Source of the DNA: Candidatus Kaiserbacteria bacterium
GTDB lineage: Bacteria; Patescibacteriota; Minisyncoccia; Phycocordibacterales; Phycocordibacteraceae
DNA length: 64,000 bases
NCBI GenBank assembly: GCA_016217905.1
Contig: JACRFL010000002.1
Coordinates: forward strand, 18,817 to 82,816
Direction of reading: 5' to 3'
Shown here piece by piece: positions 40,701 to 48,620 of the stretch (positions are counted from its first letter, which is position 1; every line of letters begins with the position of its first letter). Below the pieces are notes generated by a model. It worked only from the letters and a program-made list of their open reading frames with translations, was not told where the DNA came from and did not search any database. The translations under genes were made by a program, and so were the position numbers.

Positions 40701-41471
40701 ATGAAAATCGTCTCGTGGAATGTAAATGGTCTGCGCTCGCTCGCCAAGGACGGCTACTGGGAATCCTTCTTGAAGGGCATAAAGCCGGACATCTTCTGCT
40801 TGCAAGAGACCAAGGCGAACCCGGAGCAGCTCGGAGAGGAGTTCCTCTCTCCTGACGGCTACTCGGCATTTTTCTCCTCTTGCCGGGTACGCAAGGGTTA
40901 CAGCGGCGTCGCATTGTATTCAAAGATTGAGCCTCTCAAAGTTATTTACGGCCTGGGAATACAGGAATTTGACCAAGAAGGTCGCTTTATCGGCGCTGAA
41001 TACGAAGACTTCTGGCTCTTAAACGCGTACTTCCCCAACGCCGGTCAAGGCCCCGAGCGGCTTGATTACAAATTGCGTTTCTATGACGCCTTCCTCGCAT
41101 TCGCGGAGAAATTGCGCGAACAAAAGCCGGTCATTTTCTGCGGTGATGTGAACACCGCACACGAGGAGATAGACCTCGCCCGGCCCAAAGAAAATGACGC
41201 AAACACTGGCTTTCTCCCCGAAGAGCGCGCCTGGATAGACGAGGTCGTGAGCGCCGGCTACGTCGACTCCTTCCGCCATTTCCATCCCCACACCAAGGAG
41301 GCCTACAGCTATTGGGACTTGTTTACCCACGCCCGCGACAGAAACATCGGCTGGCGTCTCGACTACTTCTTCGTCGCGAGTGAATTTATAAAACATATTA
41401 AAAAAGCCGAGATCCACCCAGACATTTACGGCTCCGACCACTGCCCTGTCTCGATTACCATCTCTTCTTAA
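40701..41471 (+). CDS. xth: Exodeoxyribonuclease III
   Basis: SWNVNGLR, LQETK, GDVN, GWRLDY, GSDHCP. Confidence 0.96.
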   Translation: MKIVSWNVNGLRSLAKDGYWESFLKGIKPDIFCLQETKANPEQLGEEFLSPDGYSAFFSSCRVRKGYSGVALYSKIEPLKVIYGLGIQEFDQEGRFIGAEYEDFWLLNAYFPNAGQGPERLDYKLRFYDAFLAFAEKLREQKPVIFCGDVNTAHEEIDLARPKENDANTGFLPEERAWIDEVVSAGYVDSFRHFHPHTKEAYSYWDLFTHARDRNIGWRLDYFFVASEFIKHIKKAEIHPDIYGSDHCPVSITISS

Positions 41472-41717
41472 TTATTTATACGTATACGTAGTATCGTTCC
41501 TTCGACCGACAAATTCGATTTTGACCGTGTTGTGTGTGGTATAAGAAAAAATGACCCGGATATCGCCCTTCCGCACGCGGTACATATTTTCCGTTCCTTT
41601 GAGTTTTTTCACATTCAACCCGATGAGATCATTGCGGCTTAAACGCGCGATTAGGATATTCAGAGATTCACGCTCCTTCTTTGTCAGTGAGTTGAGAAAT
41701 TTATTTATTTTTTGCAT
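41472..41717 (-). CDS. RelE/ParE-family toxin
   Basis: KKLKG...YRVRKGDIRVIF...VGRR...Y; AT-rich. Confidence 0.88.
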   Translation of the reverse strand: MQKINKFLNSLTKKERESLNILIARLSRNDLIGLNVKKLKGTENMYRVRKGDIRVIFSYTTHNTVKIEFVGRRNDTTYTYK

Positions 41718-41964
41718 CGAATCGCTTCATTGCAGTAATAAATTTATCTATTGACATACCGCCTTCCTTTCTGAAATCGACAACCGTCTCCCAAGTGCCC
41801 TCGTCACCCCACTCGTCCACTGGGACCAGCTTGAAGACCGGCCGAGAGCGGCGTACGACCGTAAACGATTTGCCCTGTTCCGTCTGGCGAATATAGGTAC
41901 TCATATTCTCCCGGAGCTCCTTGAGCCCGATAATCCGCTGTACCTTTTTTGTTGCGATAGCCAT
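41701..41964 (-). CDS. Phd/YefM-like antitoxin
   Basis: IGLKELRENM...GKSFTVVRRSRPVFKLVP; overlaps the toxin start. Confidence 0.82.
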   Translation of the reverse strand: MAIATKKVQRIIGLKELRENMSTYIRQTEQGKSFTVVRRSRPVFKLVPVDEWGDEGTWETVVDFRKEGGMSIDKFITAMKRFDAKNK

Positions 41965-41975
41965 ATGCACGAAGT

Positions 41976-41989
41976 TTATCTAAAGATAA
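41976..41989. promoter_or_regulatory. Palindrome TTATCT-AA-AGATAA upstream of the antitoxin (probable TA operator)
   Basis: Perfect 6-bp arms about 12 nt upstream of the ATG. Confidence 0.5.
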
Positions 41990-42017
41990 TCTTCCCGTCA
42001 ATGGGTTATATACACGC

Positions 42018-42067
42018 CCACGACATTCTACGGCTCCGACCACTGCCCCGCCTCCATTTCGCTCTAA
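42018..42067 (+). repeat. Degenerate duplicate of the xth 3' end
   Basis: 20-bp exact core tacggctccgaccactgccc at 42029-42048 equals 41427-41446; reads YGSDHCPASISL* versus YGSDHCPVSITISS*. Confidence 0.88.
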
Positions 42068-42367
42068 AGGACAGTCCGCGGAGCGGACTGAGCAGGTTAT
42101 CCACACTGTGTCCTTTACAGTGTCTTTTATGAGAATATACTCAACAGAGGACGGGATGTTCTTTATTGATCTGTCCGGCATCAGATGCGCCAGACGAGGC
42201 ACCTGCCACCGCTGCGCGGCGATCCGCGACACAAGCCCTTTGGCACGGTGTTCCTTAGTCGGAGCGCCAGCATGCATTAAGCAAAAAGCTGCCCCACTCT
42301 CTGGTCGGAGACCCTATCATTCACGCCCCTGCTCCTTTTTGTCTCCGGCCGCTCTGGGCGGCTTTTT

Positions 42368-42383
42368 TGTTCCACGTGGAACT
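42368..42383. promoter_or_regulatory. parS-like palindrome TGTTCCACGTGGAACT
   Basis: Close match to consensus TGTTNCACGTGAAACA; three more copies lie within cca. Confidence 0.75.
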
Positions 42384-42420
42384 TATTTCATATACAACTA
42401 TGGAAGTCAGACTTCGATAG

Positions 42421-43884
42421 TTAACACACATGGTGCTTCTCCATTATGTGCTTTATTTCCTCATCTTCTGCGGCCTCCCTCCTCTGCTTCCCTGCTTCGC
42501 CAAGCGCCCTCAGCTCATCTTCGGATAGTTTCAGTAGTTTTTCGGTCTTTGTGTCAAGATATTCCTCGGTATTTTTATCAGCATCATCAAGTATTTCCTC
42601 AAGGAGGGCGTTGAGTGCCCAGCCAATCTTCGGTCCAGGGTTCACGTGGAACTTTTCCATGATATGTGAGCCATCTGTCTTAAGCATCTTGACTGAAATG
42701 GGATCGCGAAGTGCCTGATCAACCATCGCCTTGTACTTACGAAAGCGGAAGGGCTGCTCCTTTGGCCTGCCGGTGCCTATGCGGTCACAGATACGGAGAT
42801 TGAGCAGGTCCCAGATGTTCTCCTCACCAACGTTCGTTATCATCCTGCGGACTGCCGAGAGGGTAATCTGCTCCGGATCAGAGAAGAACATATGCCACCT
42901 CACTAATTTGACGACTTTTTCTATAGTCTCCCGCGGGAAGTGAAGATTTTCGAGCGCCTTCTTTGTTACACGTGAACCAACGACCTCGTGCCCATGGAAG
43001 GTCCAATCCTTCTTCTCCTCCGACCAGCGACGAGTCTCCGGTTTCGATATGTCGTGGAAGAGTCCGGCGAGGCGAATGTCAAAATCCCAGTTCTTGTCGG
43101 CCCCATGTTGCATGGTACGCAAATTGTGTTCAAAGACATCATACGAATGCGCCTGATTCTGCTTGACGCCGATGCCGCGGATAAGGTCTGGCACGATAAA
43201 TTTAAGGATTCCAAGCTGTTGTGCGAGGACAAGAGCGCTCATTGGCTGAGAAGAATTGAGAATTCTGGCGAGCTCATCCTTTACTCTTTCACGTGAAACG
43301 TGGTTTAAATGCTCGCTATTTTCGCTTATCGCCTTAGCGGTAGCGCCGTCTATGCCGAAGCCAAGCTCGGCGACGAAACGGACCGCACGGAGCACACGTA
43401 GCGCGTCTTCGTTAAAGCGCTCTGTCGGATTCCCTACTGCTCGCACGATTTTGTCCTTTATGTCCTTTTGACCCTCATGGGGGTCGACAATGTGTCCTTT
43501 AGAATCTTCAAGGGCGATTGCATTGATGGTAAAGTCGCGCCGCGCGAGATCTTCGATAAGCGACGTGTCGAAGGTGACTTGATCTGGCCGACGTTTATCA
43601 GAATATCCTGACTCAAGCCGATAGGGAGTTACTTCAACAATAGCGAGGCGCGAATCCTCTGCGCCTGTTTTCACCCCGACAGTACCGTAATCATTTTCAT
43701 AAAAAGAGTCAGGAAATACGGCTTGAATCTGCTCTGGGGAGGCATTGGTAGTGATATCCCAGTCCTTTGGCTCTAGCCCGATAATAAGGTCACGAACGCA
43801 TCCGCCGACCAAATAGGATTCATATCCCTCCCGCCGCAAACCGCTGGAGACAAGCTCAATTTCTTTCGGGATGCGGTAATGCAT
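42421..43884 (-). CDS. cca: CCA tRNA nucleotidyltransferase with HD domain
   Basis: LVGGCVRD...DWD, RRDFTINA, EDALRVLRA, FHDISK. Confidence 0.92.
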   Translation of the reverse strand: MHYRIPKEIELVSSGLRREGYESYLVGGCVRDLIIGLEPKDWDITTNASPEQIQAVFPDSFYENDYGTVGVKTGAEDSRLAIVEVTPYRLESGYSDKRRPDQVTFDTSLIEDLARRDFTINAIALEDSKGHIVDPHEGQKDIKDKIVRAVGNPTERFNEDALRVLRAVRFVAELGFGIDGATAKAISENSEHLNHVSRERVKDELARILNSSQPMSALVLAQQLGILKFIVPDLIRGIGVKQNQAHSYDVFEHNLRTMQHGADKNWDFDIRLAGLFHDISKPETRRWSEEKKDWTFHGHEVVGSRVTKKALENLHFPRETIEKVVKLVRWHMFFSDPEQITLSAVRRMITNVGEENIWDLLNLRICDRIGTGRPKEQPFRFRKYKAMVDQALRDPISVKMLKTDGSHIMEKFHVNPGPKIGWALNALLEEILDDADKNTEEYLDTKTEKLLKLSEDELRALGEAGKQRREAAEDEEIKHIMEKHHVC

Positions 43885-43941
43885 TTTCAAATCGTATCAT
43901 AAACTCGTGTCTTCACTCGCTTGGTAGTACTATGAAGGCAC

Positions 43942-44013
43942 GCCATCGTGGTGAAATGGATATCACATCTGACTTCGGATCAGACGTTCCGGGTTCGAAT
44001 CCTGGCGATGGCA
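43942..44013 (+). tRNA. tRNA-Arg (UCG)
   Basis: Acceptor GCCATCG/CGATGGC; anticodon arm TCTGA-CTTCGGA-TCAGA; GTTCGAATC. Confidence 0.92.
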
Positions 44014-44055
44014 CTGGAAAAAGAAATGGACGACATGGTATTATGTCGCCCAGCA

Positions 44056-44129
44056 GCGGGTATGGTTCAATGGTAGAACATCTGGTTGCCAATCAGATGA
44101 TGGGAGTTCGATTCTCCCTACCCGCACCA
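44056..44129 (+). tRNA. tRNA-Gly (GCC), CCA encoded
   Basis: Acceptor GCGGGTA/TACCCGC; loop TTGCCAA; GTTCGATTC. Confidence 0.95.
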
Positions 44130-44262
44130 GAAAGGCGGAAAATGTGACCGCAAAACGACTTTTGTAGCTGTGCAAAAGTCTGTGGACATTGGGGATAAAG
44201 GACAGATGACTTTTGGAGGAGTCCGTGAAATAGTGAGGAAGTGAGCCATATTTCTAAAGGCC

Positions 44263-44658
44263 GTGGACATCTCTTCTAGGACTCGCAAAGAAGTCGGGGC
44301 GATCGGAGAAAAAACAGCCGCCGAGTACCTCCGGCGACATGGATTCGCCGTTGTAGATCACAACGTCGCACGCAAAACGGGGGAGATCGATCTCGTCGCG
44401 CAGAAGGAAAACACGCTGCATTTTGTCGAGGTGAAGACGATGCTCTCCGACGAATTTCCGGATGAAAAACATGCGGGAGACGATTATGACCCGTCTATCA
44501 ACCTGCACGAAGCGAAGATACGGAAAGTCGCGCGCACGGGGGAGTGGTATGTCCTTGAGCACGGATGGGAGGGGGAGTGGCAAGTGGACGGGTGCCTCGT
44601 GTGGCTGCGTCGCCGGGACGGCATGGGGAAAGTCCGCTATCTGCCACAAATCGTCTGA
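44263..44658 (+). CDS. YraN/UPF0102 family nuclease-fold protein
   Basis: GAIGEKTAAEYL, GEIDLVA, LHFVEVK. Confidence 0.9.
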   Translation: MDISSRTRKEVGAIGEKTAAEYLRRHGFAVVDHNVARKTGEIDLVAQKENTLHFVEVKTMLSDEFPDEKHAGDDYDPSINLHEAKIRKVARTGEWYVLEHGWEGEWQVDGCLVWLRRRDGMGKVRYLPQIV

Positions 44659-44702
44659 CGATGCTACAGTGCGGGCAGCCCCTTGATATAGCTCGGGGCA
44701 AG

Positions 44703-44773
44703 CGGGCCGGAGTATGCCGGTAGTACGCGTCCTTTGGGAGGATGTAGACCGAGTTCAATTCTCGGCGGCCCGA
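44703..44773 (+). tRNA. tRNA-Pro (UGG)
   Basis: Acceptor CGGGCCG/CGGCCCG; loop TTTGGGA; GTTCAATTC. Confidence 0.9.
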
Positions 44774-44850
44774 TATACTCCTGAAACGTTTGCCCCGTTC
44801 ACGCACTTTCATTGCCCGCTTGTGCAGGGGGGTCTGGTATGATTTACAGT

Positions 44851-45237
44851 ATGAATAATCAAAAAATGGTTACGTGGATCTTGCGCGTTGCGGTTGCGGG
44901 CGAATTCATCGGACATGGCGTTTTCGCACTTCAAGGCAAAAAACAGTGGGTTGAGTGGTTTACCATTTTCGGCATTTCTGACGCAGGTGTAGCCACTCAA
45001 CTTCTGTTTTTCATTGGCCTTCTCGATATCGCGGTTGCGCTGGTTGTCCTTGTCTGGCCGGTTCGCGCGGTTCTGCTCTGGGCCGCGTTTTGGGGGTTTT
45101 GGACCGCGCTTATGCGCCCGATTGCTGGCGATCCGATCTGGGACTTCGTAGAACGTTGGGCGAACTGTGGCGCGCCTTTGGCGTTACTTCTCCTTGTTGG
45201 CTGGCCGAGGAGCTTGCGGGAGTGGTTTGGAAGATAA
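44851..45237 (+). CDS. Small membrane protein (DoxX-like)
   Basis: WILRVAVAGEFIGHG; 3-4 hydrophobic helices. Confidence 0.7.
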   Translation: MNNQKMVTWILRVAVAGEFIGHGVFALQGKKQWVEWFTIFGISDAGVATQLLFFIGLLDIAVALVVLVWPVRAVLLWAAFWGFWTALMRPIAGDPIWDFVERWANCGAPLALLLLVGWPRSLREWFGR

Positions 45238-45255
45238 CGCCGCAATTCTTACGCA

Positions 45256-46377
45256 TCAGGGGAGTTGTGCGACGAGAACTGCCTCAAGAGCCGGTATCCG
45301 AAGGGAGAATTCAGTTATGACTGCCGAGATCGGCCCGGCGAGAAGCACGTCGAGCGCCCGGCCGGTCTCGCCTGCGTATGCGGCGCGAATGTAGGACGCC
45401 GTAATGGCGTCGAGTGCGCGGGTCTCCGTCGCGCCCTTAATGGTGCTCGTCGTGATGGTACCCACGAGCTCGCCCGAAGCGGAGGCGACTCCGCCGCCGG
45501 AAGACCCTTCCTGCGCGGCAGCCGAGCCGCCAAGCGCGAAGACATCGACGGTGTTCGTCGCGAACGTAAAAACGCCCTTCACTAGGCCGAACACGATCGT
45601 CGGAAAAAGTGACGATTGTATCTGATCCGCCGTAAGAAACTGTGCGCCGTACGAGGCGATGACGACCGGCGTTCCCTCGGAAGGCGGCGTCAACGCCAGC
45701 GGCACGGAAGGAAAGGTTTGGGGAAGCGGTGCGGATGTCGCGCTTTTTGTGATGGCAAGCAGCGCAAAATCGTATTCGCCTGTTCCTGTCGGCTCGATTT
45801 GTGCAATCACGCGCGCATTCGCGCTCACCCATGAGGGCGAGATGTAGGCGAGTGCCGCCCGATAGCGGTCGGCGGCCGGAGTGCCCGCGCGGATCGTGCA
45901 GGAAACGCCGCGGTCGGCGAGGAGGAAGTATTGCGCGATGTGGGCGTTGGTGAGGATGACGCCCTTCGGGTCGATCATCACCCCGCTGCCGCTTATGGAA
46001 TGCAGGCCGCTCCCGGAGGGGACGTAGCACAGGATATTCACGAGCGCGCTGCGCAGTGCCGAAGCGGCGGCATCGAGAGCGCCGGCAGACGAAGACGGCG
46101 CGGCGACTGGCGCCGGGGCGGGGACTTCTGCCGCGACGGGTTTTTCAGGCTTCTTCGGAGGCGTCTTATGTGTCGCGGGGGCGCTCGTCGCAGCGCTTGT
46201 TTCGGTTCTTGAAGAGTGACGTTCCGGCGAGGCTACGGAGAGCGACGGAGGGGACTCGGGAAGAGCGGATTCCGGAGGCGGCGAGGAGACCACGCCGCCG
46301 AAAAACGCCAGAGTGAAAACGCCGAAAAGAAGTGCGGCGATAATGCCGAGGTAGGGCGTGAAGCGCGACATATTCAT
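45256..46377 (-). CDS. Membrane-anchored trypsin-like serine protease
   Basis: GSGVMI, ILTNAH, DFALL, GSSGG. Confidence 0.85.
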   Translation of the reverse strand: MNMSRFTPYLGIIAALLFGVFTLAFFGGVVSSPPPESALPESPPSLSVASPERHSSRTETSAATSAPATHKTPPKKPEKPVAAEVPAPAPVAAPSSSAGALDAAASALRSALVNILCYVPSGSGLHSISGSGVMIDPKGVILTNAHIAQYFLLADRGVSCTIRAGTPAADRYRAALAYISPSWVSANARVIAQIEPTGTGEYDFALLAITKSATSAPLPQTFPSVPLALTPPSEGTPVVIASYGAQFLTADQIQSSLFPTIVFGLVKGVFTFATNTVDVFALGGSAAAQEGSSGGGVASASGELVGTITTSTIKGATETRALDAITASYIRAAYAGETGRALDVLLAGPISAVITEFSLRIPALEAVLVAQLP

Positions 46378-46409
46378 ACGCTAGCGCAAAAATGCTATTC
46401 TCGCACTAC

Positions 46410-46480
46410 GCGGGACTAGTTTAGTGGCAGAACAGGAGGTTTCCAACCTTCTAGCGGGAGTTCGATTCTCCCGTCCCGCA
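46410..46480 (+). tRNA. tRNA-Gly (UCC)
   Basis: Acceptor GCGGGAC/GTCCCGC; loop TTTCCAA; GTTCGATTC. Confidence 0.93.
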
Positions 46481-46510
46481 CAAAATCGTGAGGAGGAGTA
46501 CCATAGGCGC

Positions 46511-47638
46511 ATGGAACCCCTCGCTGCGCGGATACGGCCACAGACCCTCGACGAGGTCGTCGGGCAGGAGCATCTTGTGGGAGCAGGGAAGCCTTTGCGT
46601 GTTGCGGTAGAGAAGAAACATAAATTCTCATTCATCCTCTGGGGCCCGCCGGGGACGGGGAAGACGACCATTGCACGTATTTATGCGCGCGCGCTCGATG
46701 CCGAGCTCTTTGAGCTCTCGGCGGTCTCGGCAGGGAAGGATGACATTCGGGAAATTATTGAAAAGGATGCAGAAGAGAAGGATAAGGTGCTCTTTCTCGA
46801 CGAGATCCATCGCTTTAATAAAAGCCAGCAAGATTTTCTTCTGCCCTATGTCGAGAGCGGCGAGCTGACGTTCATCGGCGCGACCACAGAGAATCCCTCA
46901 TTCGAGGTCATCGCGCCGCTCCTCTCACGCTGCAGAGTGTTCGTGCTTGAGCCGCTCTCGGAGGAGGCGCTTCGCGCGATTGTTAAGAACACGAAGATAA
47001 AAGTGGATGACGATGCGTTCGACTGGTTGCTGGGGTATTCAAACGGCGACGCGCGCAAGGCGCTCGGGATGATGGAGGGGGCGAAGTCGTTGTATGGGGA
47101 GGTCACAGTCGAGACGTTGAATAAAGCGCTTGAGTCGCCGCACCTGCGCTACGACAAGAAGGGCGAAGAGCACTATGACACGGTGAGCGCGTTTATTAAA
47201 AGCATGCGCGCATCGCAGGCGGACGCGGCACTCTACTACCTCACGCGAATGATCGAAGCGGGAGAGGACCCGCTCTTTATCGCGCGCCGGATGGTGGTCT
47301 TCGCGAGCGAGGACATCGGTCTCGCCCAGCCCACCGCACTTGTGGTCGCAAATGCAGTCTTCCGCGCGTGCGAGACGATCGGCTATCCGGAATGCGCCAT
47401 CAATCTCGCCCACGGCGTCGCCTATCTCACGCAAGCGAAGAAAGATCGAGGTGCATACGACGCCCTTCGCGCCGCGCAAGCCGATGTGCACGCGTATGGC
47501 AACTTGCCAGTACCTAAAAAGATTCGTAATCCCGTGACGAAGCTGATGAAGGAGCTCGATTATGGGAAGGGGTATGAAAAATATGATAATGAGAGTTATC
47601 TGCCGGACGCATTGAAGAAAAATAAGTACTTGAAATAA
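46511..47638 (+). CDS. rarA: Replication-associated recombination protein A (RarA/MgsA)
   Basis: [38 protein letters not shown]. Confidence 0.95.
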   Translation: MEPLAARIRPQTLDEVVGQEHLVGAGKPLRVAVEKKHKFSFILWGPPGTGKTTIARIYARALDAELFELSAVSAGKDDIREIIEKDAEEKDKVLFLDEIHRFNKSQQDFLLPYVESGELTFIGATTENPSFEVIAPLLSRCRVFVLEPLSEEALRAIVKNTKIKVDDDAFDWLLGYSNGDARKALGMMEGAKSLYGEVTVETLNKALESPHLRYDKKGEEHYDTVSAFIKSMRASQADAALYYLTRMIEAGEDPLFIARRMVVFASEDIGLAQPTALVVANAVFRACETIGYPECAINLAHGVAYLTQAKKDRGAYDALRAAQADVHAYGNLPVPKKIRNPVTKLMKELDYGKGYEKYDNESYLPDALKKNKYLK

Positions 47639-47671
47639 AACAACGCGGCGCCTCTGACGCCGCGTTGTTTA
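47637..47671. terminator. Bidirectional terminator between convergent rarA and hup
   Basis: aaacaacgcggcg-cctctga-cgccgcgttgttt. Confidence 0.75.
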
Positions 47672-47680
47672 ACACTGAAA

Positions 47681-47953
47681 TTATTTCACCGCGTCCTTGA
47701 GTGCCTTTGCAGGGCGGAACTTCGCGGTGCGGGTCGCCGCGATGTGGATCGTCTCGCCAGTTCGGGGATTGCGGCCCTGGCGCGCGGGGCGCGCTTTCGT
47801 CGCGAAGATACCAAGACCGGCAATCGATACTTCGTCGCCGGATTTGAGGCCGGAAACAATTGAATCGATCATGGTCTCGACGGCGCGTTCGGCGTCGGCC
47901 TTGGTGCTTCCGAGAACGCCGTGCACCTTGTCGACAATGTCTGCTTTGTTCAT
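47681..47953 (-). CDS. hup: DNA-binding protein HU
   Basis: MNKADI, GRNPRTGE, KFRPAKALKDAV. Confidence 0.95.
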   Translation of the reverse strand: MNKADIVDKVHGVLGSTKADAERAVETMIDSIVSGLKSGDEVSIAGLGIFATKARPARQGRNPRTGETIHIAATRTAKFRPAKALKDAVK

Positions 47954-48144
47954 GAGAATCTGCTAATTGCTAATCCCCACGACCACGCTGGGGTGGGTAT
48001 GAGAGAAAGTATAGGAAATGCGCCACATTGTGCAATAGGGCTTGCCAAGTGGTCGTGGATAGCGCGAAATCACGCTCCGATAGACCTCAATGGAAAAAAG
48101 AGCCCGGGAGCCGAGGCTCCCGGGAATTGTTTACCCGACGAAGA

Positions 48145-48426
48145 TCAAATGTTTTTGAAGATATAGAGACGAACCGGACAGTCGCGGGAGATCCCGCACA
48201 AACCGTCAAACGAGAGAAGTTCTCTGGTCCTCGGGCAGTCGCACCTCGTTACGGGGATCCCGTGGCCGACCATAAGGGGACAGTCCGGTGCCGACGGTGG
48301 CGGCTCGATCTTGCCGTCAAACTCCCTGCGGACAAACACCGCCAAATCGCTGTGCGTGGCCGTTGGAATCTTTTTCTTCGACCTTATCATCCTCCTGTTC
48401 ATTTGCGCCTGCCGCCGCTCCTCCAT
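48145..48426 (-). CDS. Hypothetical protein
   Basis: ORF followed on the minus strand by a hairpin and U-tract at 48094-48125; no recognisable motif. Confidence 0.3.
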   Translation of the reverse strand: MEERRQAQMNRRMIRSKKKIPTATHSDLAVFVRREFDGKIEPPPSAPDCPLMVGHGIPVTRCDCPRTRELLSFDGLCGISRDCPVRLYIFKNI

Positions 48427-48620
48427 GGCAGTGAAGAACTCGCGTGAGTAACCGGTCACGGTCTCTCCTTTCAAGTAACATCGGACAATTGGGCAAAAAA
48501 ATGCCGCGCACCGCGCGGTTTTCAGATTCTATATTGCCTGCTGTGTCTCATACCTCCTCAATTCTCCTCCGACGGCTCGCCTTTGGCAAGCCGAGATTGT
48601 CCACAAGCGCGGAATGCGCT

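Noticed and set aside
48050-48620. Possible cassette at the rny 3' end
   Set aside because: No convincing duplicate of the rny tail was found, and the intervening ORF is doubtful.
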